64,000 nt of DNA from Acidobacteriota bacterium (GCA_040755995.1 JBFMAF010000020.1:64001-128000); one strand, 5' to 3'; positions 38,367 to 48,632 are shown, counted from the first letter of the stretch. Translations and numbers: made by a program. The notes: a model not told the origin generated them from the sequence alone.

Positions 38367-38510
38367 TGATTATACTCAACACGAAGGCTCCAGCGGCTGC
38401 CCAACACGCCGCATGACTCGGACGAGCACGACACTTGCTCGCCGCGGCCGACTCGCGGCGGGCCGCTTCTCGATGCGCCGTATCGCCAGGCCGCGCAGTG
38501 CGGATCGCCG

Positions 38511-38735
38511 TCAGAACTTGATCTGGCAGCGTTTGACTCCGCCTCCCTCGTCCCGCAGCCAGACAAGCACCTTCTTGGCCCGCACACACCAATCCCGCAC
38601 ATCTGTCTCGAAACTCGGACAATCGGCAACGATGTCGAGCACGTCGCCAGTCTTCAATTTGATTGCCATGACGGAAATCCTGAGGGTCGGTAACGGGCAC
38701 CTCAGGCCCTTCAGGTCAGCGTGAACTGTGGCCAT
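38511..38735 (-). CDS. tusA: TusA-family sulfur carrier
   Basis: 74 aa; DLKGLRCPLP, GDVLDIVAD, DVRDWC; AGGAGG RBS. Confidence 0.9.
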   Translation of the reverse strand: MATVHADLKGLRCPLPTLRISVMAIKLKTGDVLDIVADCPSFETDVRDWCVRAKKVLVWLRDEGGGVKRCQIKF

Positions 38736-38794
38736 TTCTGCGTCCTCCTACTGTGTTGTGCAAGTGCCATTGCGAGATCAAGCCGGTGCTCCAC

Positions 38795-39235
38795 TTACTG
38801 ATTGTTCCGCAGCGGTCCGAGCGCCCTGACGGTCTCGACCATGCTGGTGATCACGCTCACAAACCTGGTGCCTTCACTTGCCGAAACAAATTCGAATCGG
38901 CAGCGATCTTCGGCTATCCCAAATTGCTTCAGCAGCCTTACGAGCAGCCTGTGGCGCTGGAGCGCGCGGTAGTTGCCCTCCTTGTAGTGGCAGTCGCCCG
39001 GATGGCAGCCCAGGATTATCACGCCGTCAGCCCCGAGCTCATATGCCCTCATGACGAACTGCGGGTCGATCCTCCCGGTGCACATTACCCTGATCACGTA
39101 GACATTCGGCGGATAGGGTGTTTGAAAGGTGCCGGCCTTGTCTGCGCCGGCATACGCGCACCAGTTGCAGAGGAACCCGATGATCTTGGGCTCGAAACCC
39201 TCGCCGCTCGGGGGAATCGCGATCTCGGGCATCAT
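38795..39235 (-). CDS. mvhD: MvhD/FlpD [2Fe-2S] subunit
   Basis: GFLCNWCAYAGAD, RVMCTGRID, GCHPGDCHY, SASEG; start overlaps the hdrA stop. Confidence 0.94.
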   Translation of the reverse strand: MMPEIAIPPSGEGFEPKIIGFLCNWCAYAGADKAGTFQTPYPPNVYVIRVMCTGRIDPQFVMRAYELGADGVIILGCHPGDCHYKEGNYRALQRHRLLVRLLKQFGIAEDRCRFEFVSASEGTRFVSVITSMVETVRALGPLRNNQ

Positions 39236-41196
39236 TCCAACACTCCTGCCAGTTCCGCACAGATCGCGCGGTCGGTGAAGAATTGCCCCTCTATTACCCC
39301 GGCCGGACACGCTGCCACACAGGTGCCGCAACCCTGGCAGAGGACGGCGTTGACAACGGAGACCTCCTTGTCCGCGTCGAACGATATCGCCTTGTACGGG
39401 CACACTTTGCCACAAACGCGGCAGCCCGAGCATCTCTCTGCGTCGATTGACGCCGTGATCGGCTCGACATACAGCTTCTTGCCTTCGACGAGCCCCGACA
39501 GGATATAGCCCGCGGCCGCCGCGCCCTGGCTCATCGCATGTTGGATATCCATGGGCGACTGGCAGGCGCCGGCCAGATATATGCCTCGCACGGTGCTCCT
39601 CCCGGCATCCAGCCGGTCATGAAGCTCCTCGAAAAAGCCGAACCTATCGCAATTCGTGTCCATCGTTGCAGCGAGGTTCGCGGCCGAATCGGAGGGGACG
39701 ACGGCTGGACAGAGGACCACAATGTCCGCGTCGAAGCTCCCGAGGCTTCCGGTCGTATCTCTGTATGCGACATTCGGGTTTCCAGCCGAATCCGAGACTC
39801 TGATGTCCTGGATGTCCCCGTACCGGACGAAGGCAGCGTTGGGATTGGCACGCGCCCTGTGGAGTATCGACGACTCATGCTTGCCAGGCACCGCGATCTC
39901 CTTGTAGAGATGCAACACCTTTGTCCCGGGCAGTTTGGTCTCGATCATGTGATTGAACTTGAATGCGTACTGGCAGCAGACGGCCGAACAGTAGTCGTTG
40001 CGCCGGACGTCCAGGCTCCCCACGCAGTGGATGATGGCCACGGCATCAGGGGACTCGTGTCCGGCGAGCTGAAGGAGCCCTGCGGTAGGGCCGTTTGACG
40101 CGAGAATCCGTTCGAAATCGAGCGCGGTGAGAACTCCGCCGATGCGGCCGTAGCCGAGGTCCGGCAGCTTCCTGCAGTCGTAGAGGCTCGCCCCAATGGC
40201 GACGACGATTGCGCCCACCTCCCGCTCGATCATCTGCGCGGCCTGCGCGTGGTCGATCACGCTCTCACCCACCGGGCATGCGGCTTTGCACGCCTGGCAG
40301 TCCTCTCCGCGGAATCGGATGCATGTGTGCGCATCGAGAGAGGGGACGTTCGGGAGGGCTCCGGGGAATGGCACATCTATAGCTTTTCGTTCGTTGAGGC
40401 CGCAGTTGAACTCATTCGTTGCGCTCACTGGGCAGACAGGGATGCACTCGCCACAGCCGACGCAGAGCTCGCTGCTCACGTACCGAGGCGACTGGCGTAT
40501 CCTCGCCGTGAAGCGGCCGTGGAAACCTACGACGTCGACGACCTCGGCGAGGGTCCGGATCTCGATCCGCCCGGAGTGTTCGCCGTGGAGAATCTCGCCA
40601 AGCAACGGCTCCAGCATGCACGATCCGCACTCCATGGTCGGCGCGATCTCCTCGAACCGCACAGGCAAGCCCCCGAGGACCGGCGACTTCTCCACGACGG
40701 TGACCCTGCGGCCGGCCTCGGCCAGGGTAAAGGCCGCCTTCAGTCCCGCCGGCCCGGCTCCGACGACCAGAACCTCGGGACAGACATCCAGCTCCTGCCT
40801 GTCGAGCGGCTGATGGAGCCGGATGCGTGCCACGGCACCGCGGATGAGCCTCGCAGCTTTCTCTGTGGCGCGGGCTGGGTCGGGAGTCACCCAGGCCACC
40901 TGTTCCCGGATGTTCACCATCTGCATCAAGTACGGGTTCACTCCCGCTGAGGCGAGGACACGCCTGAAGGTAGGCTCATGGTCCCTGGGCGAGCAAGCAG
41001 CGATGACGACGCGATCGGGGGCATTGTCGCGCAGATTCGATTCGAGCGCGGCCTTGCCTTCCTCCGAACACATGAAGTCGATTGCCTCGAGATAGACGGC
41101 CTCTGTGTGACCGTGCAGCGACTCCATCAAGCGCGCGCTGCTGATTCTCTCGCTTATGCTGGTGCCGCAGCTGCAAAAGTAAATGCCGACCTTCAT
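39232..41196 (-). CDS. hdrA: Heterodisulfide reductase subunit A (FAD, Fe-S)
   Basis: Start MKVGIYFCSCG; AACSPR, NIREQ, GAGPAG, FER, HCVGS, CSAVCC, C-terminal 2x[4Fe-4S]. Confidence 0.95.
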   Translation of the reverse strand: MKVGIYFCSCGTSISERISSARLMESLHGHTEAVYLEAIDFMCSEEGKAALESNLRDNAPDRVVIAACSPRDHEPTFRRVLASAGVNPYLMQMVNIREQVAWVTPDPARATEKAARLIRGAVARIRLHQPLDRQELDVCPEVLVVGAGPAGLKAAFTLAEAGRRVTVVEKSPVLGGLPVRFEEIAPTMECGSCMLEPLLGEILHGEHSGRIEIRTLAEVVDVVGFHGRFTARIRQSPRYVSSELCVGCGECIPVCPVSATNEFNCGLNERKAIDVPFPGALPNVPSLDAHTCIRFRGEDCQACKAACPVGESVIDHAQAAQMIEREVGAIVVAIGASLYDCRKLPDLGYGRIGGVLTALDFERILASNGPTAGLLQLAGHESPDAVAIIHCVGSLDVRRNDYCSAVCCQYAFKFNHMIETKLPGTKVLHLYKEIAVPGKHESSILHRARANPNAAFVRYGDIQDIRVSDSAGNPNVAYRDTTGSLGSFDADIVVLCPAVVPSDSAANLAATMDTNCDRFGFFEELHDRLDAGRSTVRGIYLAGACQSPMDIQHAMSQGAAAAGYILSGLVEGKKLYVEPITASIDAERCSGCRVCGKVCPYKAISFDADKEVSVVNAVLCQGCGTCVAACPAGVIEGQFFTDRAICAELAGVLE

Positions 41197-41660
41197 GACA
41201 GTCTCTCCGCTATGCGACCGACGATCCGTTCGGCAGCGAGGGGCACGGATCGCGCGACCGCCTCGGTCAGCTCTCCACTGAACGTGTCGACGTCCTGCGC
41301 CTCGATCCCCCAAACCTCGATCACATCCGGCATCGGCAGCCCCAGCGCGCGGCCCAGTTCCAGGGCCACGGGGAGGCTGGTGTCGTGGGACGACGCCAGG
41401 TTGCGTGTTGCGGGCCGCCGGCTGAGCGGCACGGCCTGAATGGTCCCCGGCTCGACGATCCCGGTGACCATGGCATCGACGACTATGGCCCGCTCAAATC
41501 CTGCCATGGCCTCCATCAGCCCCAGACCTCCGACGTAAGCCTCTTTGACGTGAACGTCCGGGCGGCTGCTCATCTTCTCGCTCACCAGGCATGCGACGCG
41601 AAGTCCGACGGCGTCGTCAGAACGAACCGGATTGCCGAGCCCGATCACCACGGTCTTCAT
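41193..41660 (-). CDS. [NiFe]-hydrogenase maturation endopeptidase
   Basis: Start MKTVVIGLGN..RSDDAVG; IVVDA, SSH. Confidence 0.93.
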   Translation of the reverse strand: MKTVVIGLGNPVRSDDAVGLRVACLVSEKMSSRPDVHVKEAYVGGLGLMEAMAGFERAIVVDAMVTGIVEPGTIQAVPLSRRPATRNLASSHDTSLPVALELGRALGLPMPDVIEVWGIEAQDVDTFSGELTEAVARSVPLAAERIVGRIAERLS

Positions 41661-43144
41661 GCGTCCCTCTTGAGCGTCCGCAGCAGCTCGCCTTCGGCGC
41701 TGCGTACGTTGACGACGAGCGGCATGCGACCCGGCAGCGCGTGCGTCGCGCACGAGAGGCACGGATCATAGAGCCTGAAGGCCATCTCGATTCGATTGAG
41801 CAGGCCGTCAGTCGCAACCACGCCTCTCTTGATGAGCCCCTCGGCCGCTCTCCGGATGCTCATCGAAATCGGCGCGTGGTTGTTGGTGGTGCCGACGACA
41901 AGGTTCACCCGCGTGAGGACGCCGCGCTCGTCGGACTCGTAGTGGTGCGTGAGCGTGCCCCGCGGCGCTTCGACGCACCCGATCCCGATTCCGACTATCT
42001 TTTCCGGGATCCGGCGCACTTCCGGCGAGGTCAGCACCGGATCCTCGGCCAGTTCGAGCATCCGCTCGGATGCGTACAGCATCTCGATGAGCCTCGCCCA
42101 GTGCGTCGCCAGCCGATGGTGCACGGGCTGGCAGCGCCCGTTCACCCTCTTGCACCCGAACGCCTCGTAGAACCTCTCGAAGTGCCCCTGCGCCTTCGGC
42201 GTCGCCATGCGATCCGACACGTTGAGCCTCGCGAGCGGCGATGCGCAGTAGACGCCGCTGTCGCTGCCATCGACGAAGCCCTTCCATCCGGTCTTCCTCA
42301 AGAACGGGAATTTCAGGTATGTCCATGGCTCGACGTGCTCGGCGATGTGCTCAAGATAGGCGTTCGCATCGTACTTCACCAGCTCTACGCCGTCGGGCCC
42401 GACGATCCTGATCATACCGTCGTAGAAGTTGGCCCGGTTCTGATCGTCGACCATACCCATGTAGTACGTGCGGTGCAGAAAGAGATCCGACGTGAGAAGC
42501 TCGGCATGGGCCGGATTCGACAGAACGATGTCATGGAAGACCTGCAGGCTGAAGAGCGCGAAGTCGATGTTCTTCCGCGCTATTTCCAGGAGCTCCATCC
42601 GTTCCGGTTCCGTCACTGCTCTGCTCCAGCCTCCCGGTACTCCAGCCACCGGGTGGATGCCGCGCCCCCCGAGCATCTCGATCGCGTGGTGGTTTCTCTT
42701 GCGGCAATCGATCACTGCCTTGCCGATCTCGACACCGACCTTGCGCACGACGCCGAAGATGTTTCGCTCGCTCGGGGGCGCGTCCGGCCCAACGATGAAG
42801 TCCGGACCGCCGAGCGCATAGAAGTGAGTGGTGTGGTCGCTGACGTAGAACGCCGAGTACACCAGCTCGCGGATCACCCTCCCGGCGGGCGGGGGGTCCA
42901 CGCCGAAGAGCGCATCGAGTGCCTTCGCCGAGGCCATGTGGTGTGCTTCCGGACAGACCCCGCAGATCCGGCTGGTGATGACGGGCATGTCTTCGGCGAG
43001 CCTCCCGATGCAGAAGTGCTCAAACCCCCGCAGCTCCGGCACCTGGAAGTACGCGTTCGCGACGTCACCCTGGTCGTCGAGGAATATCTCTATCCGGCCG
43101 TGACCCTCGAGCCTGGTGATCGGATCGATCGAGATGCGATTCAT
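41657..43144 (-). CDS. mvhA: [NiFe]-hydrogenase large subunit, group 3c (MvhA type)
   Basis: IDPITRLEGH, RGFE, L1 RICGVC, EAPRG, L2 DPCLSCATH plus cleavable tail. Confidence 0.95.
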   Translation of the reverse strand: MNRISIDPITRLEGHGRIEIFLDDQGDVANAYFQVPELRGFEHFCIGRLAEDMPVITSRICGVCPEAHHMASAKALDALFGVDPPPAGRVIRELVYSAFYVSDHTTHFYALGGPDFIVGPDAPPSERNIFGVVRKVGVEIGKAVIDCRKRNHHAIEMLGGRGIHPVAGVPGGWSRAVTEPERMELLEIARKNIDFALFSLQVFHDIVLSNPAHAELLTSDLFLHRTYYMGMVDDQNRANFYDGMIRIVGPDGVELVKYDANAYLEHIAEHVEPWTYLKFPFLRKTGWKGFVDGSDSGVYCASPLARLNVSDRMATPKAQGHFERFYEAFGCKRVNGRCQPVHHRLATHWARLIEMLYASERMLELAEDPVLTSPEVRRIPEKIVGIGIGCVEAPRGTLTHHYESDERGVLTRVNLVVGTTNNHAPISMSIRRAAEGLIKRGVVATDGLLNRIEMAFRLYDPCLSCATHALPGRMPLVVNVRSAEGELLRTLKRDA

Positions 43145-44142
43145 CCCATCTTCCCTTTGAGGATCGAGTGAGCGAGGCTGTACTTGTAGAACGTCCCCGC
43201 GCAGTCGGGAATGGCGTCGAGGATGGCGTCGATACGGTCCTGTCCCGACGGCCCGCCTTTCGCACGGCCCAGGTCCAGGATCGATCCAAGGGAGGCGACC
43301 ATCTTCGCGCCCTGGTCCTGCACCCCTTCCGGCGCCCCGTAGCAGCCGGTGCACGGCATGTTGACCTTGGGGCAGAGCCCGCCGCAGCCGTCTCTCGTTG
43401 CGATCCCCATGCAGATTAGCCCCTGCTCGAGGAGGCATTGATCGGGATCCGGTATGAGCTCGAATGTCCGGTGAAACCCGCCGATGATCTTGTCCTGCTT
43501 CTTCCGCGTGCACTCGTCGCACACGGTGGACCGGCCGGCCCCGAGGACGCTCCCCTTCGGGGGCAGGGGCGCTCCCCTAAGGAGCAGATCGACGACGTTC
43601 GAGAGTTGGCGAGGCTCAGGCGGACACCCCGGGATGAAGTAGTCCACATCGGTGACCTGCTCGAGCGTCTGGACTCGATCGAAGAACTCGGGAAGGCGCA
43701 GCTCCCCTTCGGCGACCGGCGTCCCAGGCGCAGGTGTGGCCCGAGTGGGGTTGTCGAGCGAGGGACTCTCGATGTAGATCGTACGCATGTGTTCGGAAGC
43801 AGTCGAGAGATTGCTGAGAGCCGGCATGCACCCCTCGTACGCACACGATCCGTACGCGACAAGCACCTGGGACTTGTGGCGCAGGAGCCGCGCCATTTCG
43901 CGGTTCTCCTCGGTTCTGACCGCCCCATTGAAGAGCGTGACGGCGATCCCACGGTCCGGGAGCGCCTCGACCCCCGCCTTCTTCGTGTCCACGAGGCAGG
44001 GGCAGAAGACCAGATCGAAGTGCGCATCGATCTCCAGTATCTTCTCGTGCAGGTTCAGCAACGAGATCTCGCATCCTCCGCAGGAGGCAGCCCAGTACAT
44101 ACTCAGCAGCGGCTTGTCCACTTTGGTGTGCTCCCTGAACAT
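43141..44142 (-). CDS. mvhG: [NiFe]-hydrogenase small subunit (MvhG type), cytoplasmic
   Basis: SCGGCE, YGSCA, PGCPP, CDEC, CLLEQG..CMG, C...CP...PCTGC; no Tat signal. Confidence 0.93.
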   Translation of the reverse strand: MFREHTKVDKPLLSMYWAASCGGCEISLLNLHEKILEIDAHFDLVFCPCLVDTKKAGVEALPDRGIAVTLFNGAVRTEENREMARLLRHKSQVLVAYGSCAYEGCMPALSNLSTASEHMRTIYIESPSLDNPTRATPAPGTPVAEGELRLPEFFDRVQTLEQVTDVDYFIPGCPPEPRQLSNVVDLLLRGAPLPPKGSVLGAGRSTVCDECTRKKQDKIIGGFHRTFELIPDPDQCLLEQGLICMGIATRDGCGGLCPKVNMPCTGCYGAPEGVQDQGAKMVASLGSILDLGRAKGGPSGQDRIDAILDAIPDCAGTFYKYSLAHSILKGKMG

Positions 44143-44361
44143 GATGACGCCGGCTCGCCGGTGCGCTCAGTCGCGCAACCCGGTCGCCGGCCAATCACGC
44201 ATGAATGGCCGCGGCGTCGCGTTCAGTCCCTCCCGGTTTTCTCTCTGCCCCGTGGTTGCCCCACCACATGTGCGCGCTAGTGTATCACATCCACACCGGT
44301 TCTGCAGCAGCTGATTCAAGGGGAATCCATCTGTCCACGAACGTGTACGGGGACGGGGCTG

Positions 44362-44390
44362 TTGACAAGGTCGGCTTGTCGGGCTAGTTT
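44362..44390 (+). promoter_or_regulatory. Sigma-70 promoter with overlapping inverted repeat
   Basis: TTGACA-N17-TAGTTT; GACAAG-N5-CTTGTC at 44364-44380. Confidence 0.65.
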
Positions 44391-44465
44391 TACGTCTCGG
44401 AAATCGCACAAACAGAATGAGAGGAACTTCCCAGGCCAGATGTGGCGCCGGCGAGTGGGTAGGGA

Positions 44466-45242
44466 ATGACTGAGTGGTACTATCTGGATGGCGGACAACA
44501 GATCGGGCCGCTCTCAGATGATGATATCAAGAAAGCGGTCGCGAGGGGGGCGGTGACGGGCCAGACGCTGGTCTGGCGAGCCGGGCTGGCCGGATGGGAG
44601 AAGTATGAGATCGCGAGCTCGGCCGGCGCATCGGACGCCTTCGGCGTAGCGCCGGTAGCAGGCATCTCAACTGGCAGCGTCGTCTGCTCACAGTGCGGCG
44701 GGCGCTTCACGACCGAAGAAGCGATCCTCTTCGAGAGCCTGTGGGTGTGTGCCGGGTGCAAGCCAACGTTCTTCCAGAAGCTCAAGGAAGGGGCACGACC
44801 GGCGGGGCTGATGGAGTATGCGGGGATCGGCCAGCGGTTTCTCGCGCGTGTGCTGGATGGGCTGATTGTCGGCGTCCCTCTGATGATTCTACTCGGTTTG
44901 TCGATGTTTCTGCTGATCGGTCGGATGGAATCGCAGCCGGCTGACAGCGCCTTGCCACTGGCGTCCGTCCTGCTGATGGAGTTGGGCATGTATGCGATCT
45001 GGGGCGCTTACAACATCTTGATGATCGGCAGATACGGCGCAACGGTGGGCAAGATGGCCCTCAAGATCAGGATCGTTACGGCAGGAGGCGGGCGTGTCAG
45101 TTATGCGAGAGCAGCCGGGCGGTTCTTCGCGGAAATCCTCAGCGGAATGATCCTGTACATCGGCTACATCATCGCCTTCTTCGACAGCGAGAGACGTGCG
45201 CTTCATGACCACATCTGCAGCACGAGGGTGATCCGTGCGTGA
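44466..45242 (+). CDS. GYF_2 (DUF4339) + zinc ribbon + RDD-family membrane protein
   Basis: WYY..GGQQIGP...TLVWRAGL..W; CSQC/CAGC; YAG..RFLARVLD, GKM..I, LHD. Confidence 0.9.
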   Translation: MTEWYYLDGGQQIGPLSDDDIKKAVARGAVTGQTLVWRAGLAGWEKYEIASSAGASDAFGVAPVAGISTGSVVCSQCGGRFTTEEAILFESLWVCAGCKPTFFQKLKEGARPAGLMEYAGIGQRFLARVLDGLIVGVPLMILLGLSMFLLIGRMESQPADSALPLASVLLMELGMYAIWGAYNILMIGRYGATVGKMALKIRIVTAGGGRVSYARAAGRFFAEILSGMILYIGYIIAFFDSERRALHDHICSTRVIRA

Positions 45243-45444
45243 CGGCGCCAATGGGCTCGATGCGAGAGAGACGTTGCGATCGAGCATGGTTTGCCGCATC
45301 GTGCCATGGGTTTCTGATCTGTGCCCGTACCAGATCCCGATTCGGGGCGGGCACGGCGACGGGTACTGGCCTCTCGTGAGACCCTGCCTCGCCGGTCCGG
45401 GGCCGATTGCGCAGCGGCGCAGATAGGCGGTCGGATCTTGAGCC

Positions 45445-46029
45445 ATGCTCCCTGAGGATCTGACCTGCAGCTCCTGTGCAGCGCCTATCATCCCCGCGCT
45501 TGTCAGCCCGCACCGGACGCTTGAGTGTCCGCGATGCGGCTCCACGCTGGACGTGCACGTGTTCCCGGCGCTCTTCAAGCCGCCGGCCCGCGGCACGGCG
45601 GGAGAACAGGTACAGCTCGAAGGCGAGCCAAGCTGCTACTACCATGCGCAGAAGAAAGCAGTCGTGCTCTGCGACAACTGCGGGCGATTCCTCTGCGCGC
45701 TTTGCGACGTGGCCATGGCCGGGGGCCACTACTGCCCGCAGTGCCTCGACAGGCGTGGCAAAGTGGCCAGGGTGAAGACTCTCGAGAACCATCGCGTGCT
45801 CTATGACAGCGTCGCGCTCTCCCTGGCGATCGTGCCGCTGCTCATCTTTTACTTCGTCATCATCACGGCTCCGATAGCCATATTCGTGGCGATCCGTCAC
45901 TGGAATTCGCCGGGCAGCCTGGTCAGGAGGACGAAGATCCGATTCGTCGTGGCCATCGCGTTGGGCTGCATCGAGTTCGCACTGTGCGTCCTCTTCATCT
46001 ATGCGCTGTTCTTCGCGCGGCGTGGCTGA
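45445..46029 (+). CDS. Zinc-ribbon / B-box-like membrane protein
   Basis: CSSC, CPRC, CYYH...CDNC...CALC...CPQC followed by TM helices. Confidence 0.82.
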   Translation: MLPEDLTCSSCAAPIIPALVSPHRTLECPRCGSTLDVHVFPALFKPPARGTAGEQVQLEGEPSCYYHAQKKAVVLCDNCGRFLCALCDVAMAGGHYCPQCLDRRGKVARVKTLENHRVLYDSVALSLAIVPLLIFYFVIITAPIAIFVAIRHWNSPGSLVRRTKIRFVVAIALGCIEFALCVLFIYALFFARRG

Positions 46030-46550
46030 TGGGTGCCGAGAAGGAATACAGGCGGCTGCCCGGTGTCGGGCGCGGAATGGTTCGGCATACCAGGCTCTAT
46101 CTCGGGCGTGATCATCTGCTCCTGGTGGAATCCGCTGGATACTCGGAAGACTACAAACGGTTCTACTTCCAGGACATTCAGGCGTTCGTCTGCCGCAGGA
46201 CCAGGCGGCGGTCTTGGTGGAGTGCCGTTCTCACGATACCGATTGCTCTGGGCGCGGCTGCAATCTTCGCCAGTTCTGAGGGAGCACTGCGCGTGATGTG
46301 GGCGGTGCTGGGGAGCCCGTTCGTCGTTGCTCTTCTGGTGAACCTGCTCAGGGGCCCCACCTGCGTGACACACGTTCACACGCCGGTGCAGATTGTCAAG
46401 CTGGCGTCGCTCGGCCGTCTGCGCCGAGCGCGCAAGGTGATAGGCAGGCTCCAGGTTGTGATCGAGAGCGTTCAGGGTGCCGTCGACCCCGCCGTGCTCA
46501 AAGCCGGCACGGCCGCCTCCCACGAGTCACTGGCGACCCCTATTGGCTGA
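46029..46550 (+). CDS. Hypothetical two-TM membrane protein
   Basis: ATG overlaps the upstream TGA (TGATG); two hydrophobic helices; operon context. Confidence 0.78.
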   Translation: MGAEKEYRRLPGVGRGMVRHTRLYLGRDHLLLVESAGYSEDYKRFYFQDIQAFVCRRTRRRSWWSAVLTIPIALGAAAIFASSEGALRVMWAVLGSPFVVALLVNLLRGPTCVTHVHTPVQIVKLASLGRLRRARKVIGRLQVVIESVQGAVDPAVLKAGTAASHESLATPIG

Positions 46551-46584
46551 CAGTTGCATCGGCCGGCGATGAGGCTGCAAGACA

Positions 46585-46956
46585 ATGGCCATGCGAAGCG
46601 CTGATCAATCCGCAGAATCTGCAGCGCTTGATCGGCGCTGTTTCTACCACGCATCCAGAGAGGCTGTCGCACGTTGCCCCGGTTGCAGGAGATACTACTG
46701 TCGCGAATGCGTGACGGATCACGAAGGTCGCGCCCTCTGCGCATCCTGCCTGAAGAAGCAGCTCCGGCCTCACGGGGCGCGCAGCCGGAAGCTGCTGCGC
46801 TGGATGGGTTCCTCGATCCGGGTGCTCGCCGGCATATTCCTCGCCTGGGCGTTCTTCTACTACATCGGCCTCGCTCTCTTGCGAATCCCATCGGCATTTC
46901 ACGAGGGATCGATCTGGTCGGACGGGCCATCGGAACCTCCGCCCTCGCAACGATGA
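46585..46956 (+). CDS. Small B-box-like zinc-finger membrane protein
   Basis: CFYH..EAVARCPGC..YCREC...CASC plus one TM helix; ATGA overlap with the next gene. Confidence 0.8.
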   Translation: MAMRSADQSAESAALDRRCFYHASREAVARCPGCRRYYCRECVTDHEGRALCASCLKKQLRPHGARSRKLLRWMGSSIRVLAGIFLAWAFFYYIGLALLRIPSAFHEGSIWSDGPSEPPPSQR

Positions 46957-48632
46957 CTCGGCCAAGCCGTCCGGCGCCCGAGCACGGCGCAATCGAAGTC
47001 CTCGAGGGTGCATTCGGGCTGCTTCGGTCGGCAGATGGGGCCACAGTGATGGCCTATGCCCTGGGAACACTACCGTTCCTGTTGACCGTTCTCTATTTCT
47101 GCGGCGACATGAGCCGTGGTGCATCTGCTGCCGGACACCTGCCTGAGGCAGCCCTCGGCGTGGCGCTCTGTTTCATCTGGATGAAGACCTGGCATGCGAT
47201 CTTTGCCGGCCGGCTCATGGCTCTGCTGACCGAGGCCGCGCCGGCGCGTATCGGCGTTCTACGCTTCCTGAAGACCATGGCCGGCCAGTCGTTCATCCAG
47301 TCGACCGCCCTTGTCGTATTGCCGCTCTCGGTTATCCTGCTGGGTCCTTTCGGATGGGTTTATGCCTTCTTTCACAATTTCTCGGTGTACGGGGCGGGCG
47401 ATGATGCCAGAGCCGCCTATTCGAAATCCGAACGGTTCGCCCTGATCTGGCCGATGCAGAACCACGCCATGATCCTGATCCTCTGGCTGTTTGGTCTGTT
47501 CGTTTTCGCAGATGTATTTGCCAGCCTCCTCCTGGCTCCTTTCCTCCTGCACACGCTGTTGGGAGTCGAGACGGTCTTCACGAGGAGCCCCTACGCGTTA
47601 TTGAACACGACGTTCCTGGGAATAGCCGTATGTCTCACATACCTGTGCGTGAACCCGCTCTCGCTCGCGGCCTACGTCCTGCGATGCTACCATGGCGAAT
47701 CGGTGCGCACCGGGGAGGACTTGAAAGTGGAGCTGAAACGAGCTGCACGGGACAGGGCGAAGCAGGCTGTCGTGGCGCTCCTCCTCGCCGCAATCCTCAT
47801 CGGCGGAACACCTGCTCGATGCCATGGCTCCAGCGCCGCAGTGGGACGCACGGACGCGAGCGCGTCCTCGACCATCAGCCCCGAGGACCTCGATCGGACG
47901 CTCCGAGAGGTGATGGCGAGGCGGGAGTTCGCGTGGAGGGCGCCGGGGGAAGAGGGACCGAGCGAGATGGTCATCCACGAGGGTCCGATCGCGCGTTTCC
48001 TGGAAGCCGTCGAGGACTTGCTTGCCAGCTGGTACAAGAAGATCAAGCGATTGATCGGGAGGCTCCTGGCCTGGATTCGAGAGCGCTTGAAGTCCGAAGA
48101 GACCGCGTCCGGCGAGCCGCACGGCTCCGTGCTCTGGATGTTCTATACGCGCGCACTGTTGTTTCTGCTGCTGGCCGCGGCCCTGAGCGTCCTCGCCGTC
48201 TCCGGACTGAGGCTGTACAGGAGGCGGACGAGGGATGAAGCAGAAGCATCGCTGCAACCGCGGGCGATGCGAGTCGACGTGAGCGACGACTCTGTCGGCG
48301 CCGGGGAGCTTCCTGCAGAGGAGTGGCTCGAGATGGCCAGGGCTCTGACCGAGAAGGGCGAGTTCAGGCTGGCAGTGCGGGCACTCTACCTGGCCACGAT
48401 GGCCCGGTTGGCACGCGCCGAGCTGATCACGCTGTCAGTGTACAAGTCCAATGCCGAGTACCAACGAGAGCTCCGCCGCAAGGCCGCAAGCCGGGTGGAT
48501 GTCCCCGACTGCTTTTCACTGATGCTGCAGACCTTCGAGCGCGTCTGGTATGGGCGCTTCGCTGCCGACGAGAATCTGGTGGAAGACACCAGGCAGCTGA
48601 TGGAGCGGATGAGGATCGAAGCCGGTGCGTAG
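46953..48632 (+). CDS. Multi-TM protein with C-terminal DUF4129-like domain
   Basis: Start ATG 46953; multiple TM helices; AVRALYLA...SNAEY...FERVWYG. Confidence 0.83.
   Translation: MTRPSRPAPEHGAIEVLEGAFGLLRSADGATVMAYALGTLPFLLTVLYFCGDMSRGASAAGHLPEAALGVALCFIWMKTWHAIFAGRLMALLTEAAPARIGVLRFLKTMAGQSFIQSTALVVLPLSVILLGPFGWVYAFFHNFSVYGAGDDARAAYSKSERFALIWPMQNHAMILILWLFGLFVFADVFASLLLAPFLLHTLLGVETVFTRSPYALLNTTFLGIAVCLTYLCVNPLSLAAYVLRCYHGESVRTGEDLKVELKRAARDRAKQAVVALLLAAILIGGTPARCHGSSAAVGRTDASASSTISPEDLDRTLREVMARREFAWRAPGEEGPSEMVIHEGPIARFLEAVEDLLASWYKKIKRLIGRLLAWIRERLKSEETASGEPHGSVLWMFYTRALLFLLLAAALSVLAVSGLRLYRRRTRDEAEASLQPRAMRVDVSDDSVGAGELPAEEWLEMARALTEKGEFRLAVRALYLATMARLARAELITLSVYKSNAEYQRELRRKAASRVDVPDCFSLMLQTFERVWYGRFAADENLVEDTRQLMERMRIEAGA

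Noticed and set aside
38755..38775. Sigma-54 promoter upstream of tusA (TGGCACTTGCA on the minus strand)
   Set aside because: The GG-to-GC spacing is wrong for a -24/-12 promoter
38795..44142. Selenocysteine recoding in Mvh/Hdr genes
   Set aside because: The usual Sec positions are Cys and the frames have no internal TGA
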